Assembly (NCBI RefSeq): GCF_006345805.1
Contig: NW_021829668.1
Span: forward strand, 1 to 32,182
Reading direction: 5' to 3'
Length of the DNA: 32,182 nt
DNA from: Octopus sinensis
Lineage: Eukaryota
Position 1 is the first letter of the stretch, and each line of letters begins with the position of its first letter. The translations under genes were made by a program, and so were the position numbers. Below are positions 22,603 through 32,182 of this stretch, one piece after another. The notes under the pieces are model-generated. The model was given only the letters and a program-made list of their open reading frames with translations. It did no database searches and was not told where the DNA came from.

Positions 22603-22770
22603 TTATAGATTTGTCATGTGACCATGGGTCCACGTGCCACAGGCTGGAGGCATTCACTAATTTTCTAACTTTATTTCCAATTTTCAATTTTATAATGAGT
22701 TAATGTAAATAAAGTGCTCTTCAAATACTAATCTTATTATTTTTTAGATTAATATTTCGAATTTAAATTC

Positions 22771-22833
<63 letters not shown>

Positions 22834-22870
22834 TATTATTATTATTATTATTATAACAATAATAATAATA
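22771..22870. repeat. (AAT)n directly followed by (ATT)n
   Basis: The aat run (22771-22833) switches to an att run (to ~22854). Confidence 0.95.
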
Positions 22871-23012
22871 ATTCAATCACAATAATGAAAAAAATTAAAT
22901 ATTATTTAGAAATTTATTAAACTCATTATTCAATTTTGAATTGGGTAAAATCTTAAATTATCAATTGAAACATATTAATTAGCATAATAGCATAGCCTGG
23001 AAAAAATATGGA

Positions 23013-24087
23013 TTACATAGAAAAATGCAAGCAAAGGAAATAATATTCTTAAGATTATAAACCTGGAAAAGTACATTCGGTAAAGTACAGAACAAGGAAA
23101 TTTTTATTTAAAATATTGCTGCTAAGAATAAAACTTGAATATTAAAAATGATTGGATTTTAATTTACAAAGTAACATTATAATTAAAAAAAGGTGTCATC
23201 ATTTCGTTAAAATACTGACACATTACAATACTTAAAAAATAAGAGCCGGAAGAACCAATATAGCTAAAGTTTTATGCAAAGTAGAATAGTATATCACGTG
23301 ATCACGTGACCGACCAGACCATCAGATGTTGTTACACATCGCTGGTCACAATGCGTTTCGCATTGTTTTAGCCTTCGAATGACGCCATCCCGCTGGCTAA
23401 GCGAGGAGGCCAACAGAAGAAAAAGTGGGAGAAAGAGTGGTGAAAGAGTACAGCAGGGATCACCACCCCCTGCCGGAGCCTCGTGGAGCTTTTAGGTGTT
23501 TTCGCTCAATAAACACTCACAACGCCCGGTCTGGGAATCGAAACCACGATCCTGCGACCGCGAGTCCGCTGCCCTAACCACTAGGCCATTGCGCCTCCAG
23601 AATAGTATATATATGGCAGGCAAATTCATTATGTAAAAAATAGGCATTGGGTCAAGACTAAAAATTTGAAGACTTGGCTATACTTTATCAAATTTTACTG
23701 TGAATTTATTGTTATACCTACTAATTATGTCCTACTATTATTTTTATAACGTATTTCCAAATTTCTAATTGCTAATTAATGATTTAAGAAAATGAATTTT
23801 TTTAAGTGCAAAAAAAATGTTTTAATTAAGTAATTTAAAAAAAAAATTTAATAGACGTAATAAGCAATACCAAAAAGAAGTAATAACTTGTTATAAAAGT
23901 TTTAGTCTTAATAAAAGCTAATACTTTCTAAATTTAAATATTTCATTTGAATTTTATCCTTAGCAGCAATATTTTAAGTACAAATCTTCTTGTTCTGTAC
24001 TTTACCAGATGTAATAAGTTGTCCTGAATTTTTCCAGTTTTATAATCTTAAGAATAATATATCTCTTGTTCGCATTTTTTCATGTAA
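23013..24087. mobile_element. AT-rich foldback/MITE-like element with ~125-135-bp imperfect inverted arms (23013-23135 and 23952-24087), interrupted by a SINE
   Basis: Exact inverted blocks: 17 bp (23045-23061 / 24039-24055), 18 bp (23079-23096 / 23989-24006) and 19 bp (23108-23126 / 23959-23977), in mirror order. Confidence 0.8.
23295..23598 (-). mobile_element. tRNA-derived SINE, head H1 with tail A, full length with a 12-bp target-site duplication
   Basis: The reverse complement begins GGAGGCGCAATGGCCTAGTGGTTAGGGC (A box) and has GGTTTCGATTCC (B box). The TSD agaatagtatat lies at 23283-23294 and 23599-23610. Confidence 0.93.
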
Positions 24088-24416
24088 CTAAATACGTTCA
24101 TATATTAAAACCTTACTTTTCCTTTTATATACCTGCCGTTATTTTATCCTTTTTCTTCCTTATTCAATTACTATACAAATACTTAAAATCGATATGTATG
24201 TATTGAAAATCAAAATACTACATGATCGCACTTCCTTTCTTTCGCTCTTTCCTTAACACTCTGCCATTTCTTATTCCGTTTCCACTCCTTCCTTCTTTAT
24301 TTTCTCTTTCATTTTTTCACTTCCATTTTCCAATTTCCTATTCATATCTATATCTATATCTATATCTATATAATATATAAATATAATTATATATATAATA
24401 TATATATATATATATA

Positions 24417-24463
<47 letters not shown>

Positions 24464-24728
24464 TATATAATCTTCAGATATTCCATTCGTAAGCGAGTTT
24501 TACATCAATACTAGCTTTCTAACAGCAACTGAAATTACGGTTTATTTTCTAACATTGTTCGAAAACCTAGCAGCCTCTTAAATTGTATGTTTATTAGTGT
24601 ATGCTTATTGATGAGTCCATTCTACTTGGTGGAAAAGTGAAGATACTAGACGGAATAGGAAAATTTCAGTTTAAATGTAATGTTATAGAAACCTGCTCTT
24701 GTGTTTAAGGTTTCTTTTACGTGATTGC

Positions 24729-24730
<2 letters not shown>

Positions 24731-24760
<30 letters not shown>

Positions 24761-24812
24761 CATACATACATACATACATACATACATACATACATACATA
24801 CATACATACATA
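24731..24812. repeat. (CATA)n microsatellite
   Basis: Perfect run. Confidence 0.97.
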
Positions 24813-24956
24813 CGTACGTACGTACATATGTGTGTGCATATACATAAATTATATACAGATATAGATATATATTGACAGACGGCACACACACACACACAAA
24901 CAGATACAAGCACAAACATAATAATGTGTGTATGTATTTAGACCCACTCATATATA

Positions 24957-25341
24957 TCAGTGTGACACTCCGTCGGTTGCGACGACGAAGGTCCTAGTTG
25001 ATCCGATCAACGAAACAGTCTGCTCGTGAAATTAACGTGCAAGTGGCTGAGTACTCGACAGACACGTGTACCCTTAACGTAGTTCTCGCGGAGATTCAGC
25101 GTGACACAGAGTGTGACAAGGCTGGCTTTTTGAAATACAGATAGAACAGAAACTGGAAGAAAGAGTGAGAGAATGTTGTGGTGAAAGAGTACAGCCGAGT
25201 TCGTCACCATCCACTGCTGGAGCCTCGTGGAGTTTTAGATGTTTTTGCTCAATAAACATTCACAACGCCGGGTCTGAGAATCAAAACCGCGATCCTACAA
25301 CCGCGAATCCTCTGCCCTAACCACTGGGCCATTGCGCCTCC
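24957..25341 (-). mobile_element. tRNA-derived SINE, head H1 with tail B
   Basis: ~25165-25341 matches ~23430-23598 (gtggtgaaagagtacagc..ggagcctcgtggag..gctcaataaaca..gccctaaccact.ggccattgcgcctcc). 24957-25140 is unrelated to tail A and matches 25581-25760 in reverse. Confidence 0.9.
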
Positions 25342-25380
25342 GCAGATTAGTGTATTAATACTTATGTGTGTGTGTATACA

Positions 25381-25434
<54 letters not shown>

Positions 25435-25437
25435 AGT

Positions 25438-25760
25438 GAAGGTGCGTCGCTTAGTGGTTGGGGCATTCAGCTCACTATCGTAAGGTCTTGCGTTCAATTC
25501 CCGGTGACGCGTTATGTTCTTGAGCACGACATTTTATTTCACGTAGCCTCAGTCCCCTCAGCTGGAAATAATGAGTAGTACCTATATTTCAAAAGGAGTG
25601 TCTTTCACACTCTCTGTCATGCTGAATCTCCCTGAAAACTACGTTAAGTGTACACGTGTCTGCCTGTGGAGTGCTCGGCCACTTGCACGTTAATTTCACG
25701 AGTCAGCTGTTCCGATGATCATATCAGCTAGGATCTTCTTCGTCGAAGCTTACGGAGTGC
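25438..25760 (+). mobile_element. tRNA-derived SINE, head H2 with tail B
   Basis: Head gcttagtggttgggc..gttcaattccc..gttcttgagcacgacattttatttcacg matches 1012-1326. Tail gctgaatctcc..aactacgttaag.gtacacgtgtctg..gccacttgcacgttaatttcacgag matches 24957-25140. Confidence 0.85.
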
Positions 25761-25765
25761 TATAT

Positions 25766-25833
<68 letters not shown>
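25761..25833. repeat. (TA)n microsatellite
   Basis: Near-perfect run. Confidence 0.97.
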
Positions 25834-25839
<6 letters not shown>

Positions 25840-26194
25840 ATATAAGGAATGGCCATAATAGGACATTCGACTCACTAGAAAGAGCAGCCAAACTCACACC
25901 GCTAATAGTTGTAATTCTGAAATTGAAAGAGAAATAACAACGTTTACCCTTTCATCTCTGGACTATGCATAGTTTCGGCAAACTTTAGTAAACAAATTAA
26001 TTAAATTAAATTAAATTTATTTACAACTGGCAGAGAAGCCAAGGACGAACATATATCCACGAGGCGATGGTAAGGAGGCCTCAAGTCTATATGCTATAAA
26101 TTTTCAAAATCTACCGCAATCGCGCGGTCTTCTCAGCAGCAAATATAAACCTCTCACAATTGCTGGCATTGTGCCAACATTTAAAACCACTATG

Positions 26195-26398
26195 CTTGAG
26201 TTAGCACGCCGGACAAAAATGCAGGGCAGCATTTCGTCCGTTTTACGATCTGAATTCAAATTTTGCCGAAGCTGACTTTGCTGACTTTCGTCCTTTCGGC
26301 GTTAATAAAATAAGTGCCTGTTTCGCGGTGGGGTCGATTTAACCAATTCGCCCTCACCCCACACCAAAATGGCTGACATTGCGTCAAAATTTGAAACC
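26195..26398 (+). mobile_element. Old SINE type B (diverged, tail E-like)
   Basis: gttagcacgccggacaaaaatgc..catttcgtc..gaattcaaattttgccgaag..tcctttcggcgttaataaaataagtgcc..ggggtcgatttaa. Confidence 0.75.
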
Positions 26399-26691
26399 AG
26401 CATGCATACGCATAAACAATTACAACCGACAATCACAATGACATTGAAATTGTAGCATATACGATACTTTCGTTAATTGTTTTAAATGTTCATTAGGGCG
26501 TGAGGTGATAAAATTACACTCTCAACTCTCCCAATCTGAATCTATCAGAATATTCAAAAACCAGTAAGTGGAAAGACCAGTGGGTGAAAAGGTTAGTAGG
26601 TTACACAAATATTAATTTGGGAATATTTTAATGTCCTCTGGAATGAATTACGTTAGTTTTCGAACGTAGACAGCGGTATATTGTAACAAAA

Positions 26692-27103
26692 GGCGGCGAG
26701 CTGGCAGAAACGTTAGCACGCCGGGCGAAATGCGTAGCCGTATTTCGTCTGCCGTTACGTTCTGAGTTCAAATTCCGCCGAGGTCGACTTTGCCTTTCAT
26801 CCTTACGGGGTCGATTAAATAAGTACCAGTTACGCACTGGGGTCGATATAATCGACTTAATCCGTTTGTCTGTCCTTGTTTGTCCCTTCTGCGTTTAGCC
26901 CCTTGTGGGTAGTAAAGAAATAGGTATTTCGTCTGTCGTTACGTTCCGAGTTCAAATTCCGCCGAGGTCGACTTTGCCTTCAAATTTCGGGGTCGATAAA
27001 TTAAGTACCAGTTACGCACTGGGGTCGATGTAATCGACTTAATACCTATGTCTGTCCTTGTTTGTCCCTCTATGTTTAGCCCCTTGTGGGTAATAAAGAA
27101 ATA
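26692..27103 (+). mobile_element. SINE type B head-to-tail dimer (full unit 26692-26924 plus 5'-truncated unit ~26925-27103) inside one 17-bp TSD
   Basis: The TSD ggtatattgtaacaaaa lies at 26675-26691 and 27104-27120. The head has GAGTTCAAATTCC (B-box-like), and the core plus tail D is present twice. Confidence 0.93.
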
Positions 27104-27156
27104 GGTATATTGTAACAAAATTGCAAAATATCCTATTCAACGCTCTTATTACTCTA

Positions 27157-27350
27157 TGTATGTGTGTATGTATGTATGCATGTATGTATGTATGTATGTA
27201 TGTATGTATGCATGTATGTATGCATGTATGTATGTATGTATGTATGTATGTATGTATATATGTATGTATGTATGTATGTTTTTATGTATGTATGTATGTA
27301 TGTATGTATGTATGTATGTGTATGTATGTATTTATGTATGTATGTTTGTA
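27157..27350. repeat. (TATG)n microsatellite
   Basis: Long, slightly imperfect run. Confidence 0.97.
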
Positions 27351-28837
27351 TGTTTTCTTCTATTTTTAATTATTTCCAGTCTTTCTGCAAGGAAAGGAGC
27401 TGATTTATAAGAAAGACAAAGTCTCTAGCGTGGGAATGTACACACAATCGAATCACACCGCGAACTTTTGAAAACTCTTGCGTACTTTTACTGTTCCGCT
27501 AACATATCGGATTTTATTTATGTACGCAGAGGTGTGCCTGCTTGTATATATCTATGAATGGCTAGGTATTTATATATATAGATAGATAGATACAGAGAAA
27601 GATATAGATATAGATAGATACACATATAAATGTTTCTACATATGCATAGCTACATATATATACATGCATATATATGTATATATATAAATTATATATATAC
27701 ACACACACCCATATACACTCACACACACACACACAGACACATATACATTTATAATATATATATATATATAGGGTGAGAGATGGAGAAAGTGAGACAGGGA
27801 GAAAGAGAAAGGGCAATCGATTGAAAGTCGGAAAACTGATCGCTGGAACAAAAGAAGGTTAGCAATTGTGCAAAGAATAATATAAATGTACGAGAGAAAA
27901 AAACCCCCCACAAACGATGAAAAACACAGAAACCAGAAATATTATTGGACATGATAAGAAAAACGACATCATTCTCATTTCTCCACCAAAAGTACAAACA
28001 AACACCTAAAACACACACAGACACACACAAAAGGAATACCACCAAGCAGAGCGGAAAAAGACAGACAGAAGATCTGAAATACAAATAAGGAGGCCACCAA
28101 AAAAAAAAAAAAAAATTCTGAATTATAGAAATAAATATACAGTAAGAAAGAATGACAGTATAAACAAACCAAATATGACTGAATTGGTGTATATAAGAGT
28201 ATGGAGTCAAAGAACACATTGAAAGCAAACCAATATTGTGAGGAAGCATTCAGGCAGACAATATAATAAAATCATCTGAAATAACATATAAGTAATATTT
28301 CTTTTCTATGTGGCCATCTTTAATTTTTATTCATATTAACTATTCTTGTTGAAATGTATATATCTGTAATTGTATGTATATGTTGTGAGTGTGTGTTTTG
28401 TGTGTGTGTGTGTGTTTGTGTGTGTAGGTATATATGTGCATACATATATGTATGTATATATGTCCATACATATACGTATGTCTATGTATATATAAATATA
28501 TATAACATATAGACAAATATATGTATGTATGTGTATAAATGTTCTATAATTTTACATATATTTATATACATTTTTATCTGTCTATCTATATATGTATACA
28601 TGTATATATCTATATATATATATATACACAGTCACCACACAAAGACACAGTCACACACACAAACACACACACATATACATACACATACTTGCGCACGCAC
28701 CCACAAGCAATCGCTCTTACACACAAAAATATATGTATGTGTGAGTATTAGTGTGTGTGTGTATGAGTGCGTGAGTATGTGTGTGTGTGTGTTTGTGTAT
28801 ATGGATATGTACATACAAAGAGTTAGATGAATGGATA

Positions 28838-28859
28838 GTTAGATAGACAGACAGACAGG

Positions 28860-28898
<39 letters not shown>

Positions 28899-29077
28899 GT
28901 AGATAGATTGATAGATAGATAGATAGATAGATAGATAGACATATATATATTATATATAGATATTATATTATATATATATGTATTATATATATATATATAT
29001 ATATAGATATATCTATATAATATATGTATATATATTATATATATATATATATATATAGATAGATAGATAGATGATAA

Positions 29078-29114
<37 letters not shown>

Positions 29115-29175
29115 GATAGATAGATAGATAGATAGATAGACAGACAGATAGGTAGGTAGGTAGATAGAATGATAG
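28838..29175. repeat. (AGAT)n arrays flanking a (TA)n core
   Basis: Directly visible runs. Confidence 0.95.
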
Positions 29176-29914
29176 ATAAAGAAACAATGCAAGAATAACA
29201 AACAAACAAAAAAGAGATTTAGGAATGAAATACAGAACACTAACAAAATATGCAAAGAAATGTGAACACAATACAGCGAATATAAACGAGACGGCCATTG
29301 TGTGTTTATTGGTCTTTCTATTTTACTCTTCTTACTTAATGAGACTAATTATTCACAGTGTGGTTTACCAAGTGTAATCCAGCCCTTCCTTACGAAGTAT
29401 TTATACTTATCAATTAGTGTGAGAAAGAAAAAAGAAAAAGAAAAAGAAATGAAACTAACAAGTAAAAATTGCTCGTGTTATAAATCTATATGTACATAGT
29501 TGTTAGATTCTTCTTATCTCTCAGGAAGCTAAGTGAAAACATAGACCACATAAATATTGCTTCAATCCATTCACATTCTAAATTAAATATATTGGTGGAA
29601 AATATTTGTATACACATATATAATATGTGATATATCACCCTTCAACATAGCTTCGATTTATTATAATGGAGTATTAAAACAAAGTGGTTGTAAAGATAAA
29701 ATATACTATATATATATATATATGTGTTTAATAATATTAATTCTGAGACACGGGACAACTGAAAACTTGAAATTATTTGGATAAATGGTCCATTCAATTT
29801 CAATGTAAATACCAAAATCAATATATATTTTTTTAAATAATTGGACATGTACTTTCTGAACTCCACCCAGGTATTTTATAATTTTAAATAAGGACAATAC
29901 CAAATTACATTCAG

Positions 29915-29915
29915 T

Positions 29916-29986
<71 letters not shown>

Positions 29987-29993
29987 ATAATAT

Positions 29994-30041
<48 letters not shown>

Positions 30042-30124
30042 ATATAATACACAACACATATAGTAACATATATATACATATATATATATACACACATATA
30101 TACATATACATATATATATACATA

Positions 30125-30212
<88 letters not shown>

Positions 30213-30235
30213 TATATATATTATATATATACAAG
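29915..30235. repeat. Long imperfect (TA)n region
   Basis: Directly visible runs. Confidence 0.97.
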
Positions 30236-30887
30236 ATATTGCTTCAGAATTAACAAATAATATGAAGTTTAGTCACATTCGTTATTTTCTATTCCTGAAA
30301 TTATTATTCTTAACCACGTAAATTTGTTACTAAATAATGTAATTCGAAACCAATATTCTAATGTGCGTGTAAAGTGATTAATTAGCTTTATACATATCTT
30401 TATTTAAACTAACTAGGAATACATTTAAATCAAGATTCAGACAGTATCAGTATGCATTCAAAAGTTCTGAAAGGTCACTGGCCATAAGTTTGCTGCAGTG
30501 TATTTGTGTTAAAAAAATTATCAATATCGTAAACTTGATAACTAACTTGGAATATATCCCACCACGTAAAACAGTATAAATGGAATAATGATATCTGTAA
30601 AATTGAATTACTGGGAAAATAAAAATACAATGCATAGAAACATCTATCTTTGGTCGACAAAAATTGAGGTCTTTATTCAAACACGGTCTATAGAAATCGA
30701 GCATTTTGCTTTATAATGGTTTCTTCTATATTGTTTTATATATTGTTTTATATATTGTTTTATTTTATTCTCTTGTCACGAATAAAATAAAAAGTGTTTC
30801 ATCGAAATAGCTTGTAATACATAGTATTCGAACATTCTCAACATACACTAATATACATACATTACATAAAACATACATACATATATA

Positions 30888-30918
<31 letters not shown>

Positions 30919-30939
30919 AATATATATTATATATATATA

Positions 30940-31109
30940 GTTAATCCAAACAAAGAAAGCCCAAAAAACCACAACAACGCGAGACGTGGAACAAATATAG
31001 TATTATTGGACGCTCAGGAAAGAAGGAAAGAAGGAGGGTTTAACGTTTCGAGCGGAGCTCTTCGTCGGAAGCATAGGAGAAGGAAAGATCCAGAGAAGGG
31101 AAGACAGAG
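30940..31109 (-). mobile_element. Probable Penelope-like element terminal fragment with a hammerhead-like motif
   Basis: Minus strand reads ccgacga-a-gagc-tcc-gctc-gaaacgtt...agcgtc and abuts a (TA)n tract. This motif layout resembles pseudo-LTR ends of Penelope-like elements. No RT or GIY-YIG coding sequence is present to confirm the assignment. Confidence 0.5.
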
Positions 31110-31284
31110 TAAACGGCAAAAAGAAAATGGAGGGGATACAAAAATGACACACATCAGCCGGTAGACAGTCTATTATGCCTATTTATTCCAAAACAAAAGG
31201 GAGTATTATACGTGCACATGCAAAGACTGTGTGCTACAAAAATATATACTAGTAAGACATAAAAGAGTAAAAGATTAAAAGATC

Positions 31285-31395
31285 AGTTCCTTACGGCCAT
31301 TTCTGCTAAGAGGCCACGATATCCTCCATGCTAGCTCCATCTCTTCAGTGTTCTGTAGGGATGGGTAGATAGAGTTTGGATGTTGAGTGTGCCTC
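31285..31395 (-). mobile_element. Possible relic of the N-terminus of an RTE-type APE endonuclease
   Basis: Minus strand gives GTLNIQTLST and, with inferred frameshifts, EEMELAW / DIVA / LAEM. This resembles the 'TxNxRTL...WDIxxLxE' start of LINE APE domains, but it is short and needs several indels. Confidence 0.3.
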
Positions 31396-32182
31396 AAGGC
31401 TTCATTAGAGGGTCTAAATGGTTAGAGGAGCCGATAATTACAAGATACTAATAGGTACAGGATATTTTTCTTATTGAAGAAGGCATAAGAAAAATAGGAG
31501 GAAGACTTAGAGTAAAATTCAGTAAAATGGATTAGGTATAGGAAAGAGAAATGAGTCATAGACTTTAAGTGTTGCCTTCTAAGATTCGTGCTATTTTGTC
31601 CAGTGGTGGATAGGTACGAATATTCGTTCTAAGGATAAGTTTTTTTAGAAAGGGTAAATTTAGGCAGTGGTTTTTATTTTGCTTACATATAAATAGACGT
31701 TGTGTTTGTGTTTGAAAGTATGGTTTGAAAGTATGGTACATGTTCCAGAGGTGGAAGCCTATATGTAGGATGCCAGTAAGTAATAAAAGAGATTATGGCA
31801 CCAAAGTATTAAAGGTGGTACTAAAGAGAGTGGTGACCAAATTTCGGTGTTCGTGTTCGTTATTTTCGATCAACAAGTCCCTGAATCCTTTTTGTGCTGT
31901 GGTTATGGTCAGTCTTGCAACCTAATTGGTCACCTATTTTTTTTTTTTGAGAACTATGACGCGGTTCCGGTTCGTTGATGGTTAACAGACAACACAAAAA
32001 CAAATCAGATAAATAAATAAGTAAATAAATAAATTTTAAAGTAAATAGAAAAAAAACCGTGGCTATTATGGGCAAGCAGGGGAGCAACATAACATTCAAC
32101 TAGATTAAATTAAATTCAATTAAATTAAATTAAGACAAATAAAATAAATAAATGAGCATGTAAGTGACTATGATAACTAAAG

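Noticed and set aside
23520-23598. tRNA gene (also the heads at ~1250-1326, ~25265-25341 and ~25438-25505)
   Set aside because: A and B boxes are present, but the acceptor stem does not close and each continues into a SINE body. One copy has a TSD. These are SINE heads, not tRNA genes.
30447-30704. 85-aa and 61-aa minus-strand ORFs in unique sequence
   Set aside because: They are short, have no recognisable motif, and the start context is weak. Only the possible micro-exon inside them is kept, as a low-interest lead.
1-32182. CRISPR arrays, rRNA, operons or other prokaryotic-type systems
   Set aside because: There is no regularly spaced repeat-spacer array, no rRNA-like sequence and no gene-dense region. 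The recurring ggggtcgat motifs belong to dispersed SINE cores.

Overview
AT-rich animal DNA, most likely intergenic or intronic sequence from an octopus. The taxon is inferred from my recognition of the repeat families and the microsatellite density, not from a database search. I can support no host protein-coding gene: almost every ORF in the supplied track is a translation of (TA)n, (TG)n, (CATA)n, (AGAT)n, (AAT)n or degenerate (ACC/GGT)n tracts. The window contains: (i) a frameshifted CR1/L2-group LINE reverse-transcriptase relic (59-783, minus); (ii) about 17 copies or fragments of four tRNA-headed SINE types, which I label A, B, H1 and H2, showing head/tail swapping, an internal microsatellite and head-to-tail dimers; (iii) three long inverted-repeat (foldback/MITE-like) elements at 11945-12198, 12193-12630 and 23013-24087, the first two abutting; (iv) a diverged direct repeat of about 0.8 kb period (21580-22602); (v) a Penelope-like fragment with a degenerate hammerhead-like core (30940-31109) and a possible RTE endonuclease relic. 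The best leads are the abutting foldback cluster, the modular and dimeric SINEs, closely spaced inverted SINE pairs (possible dsRNA) and the hammerhead-like motif. I see no evidence for a new multi-gene system.
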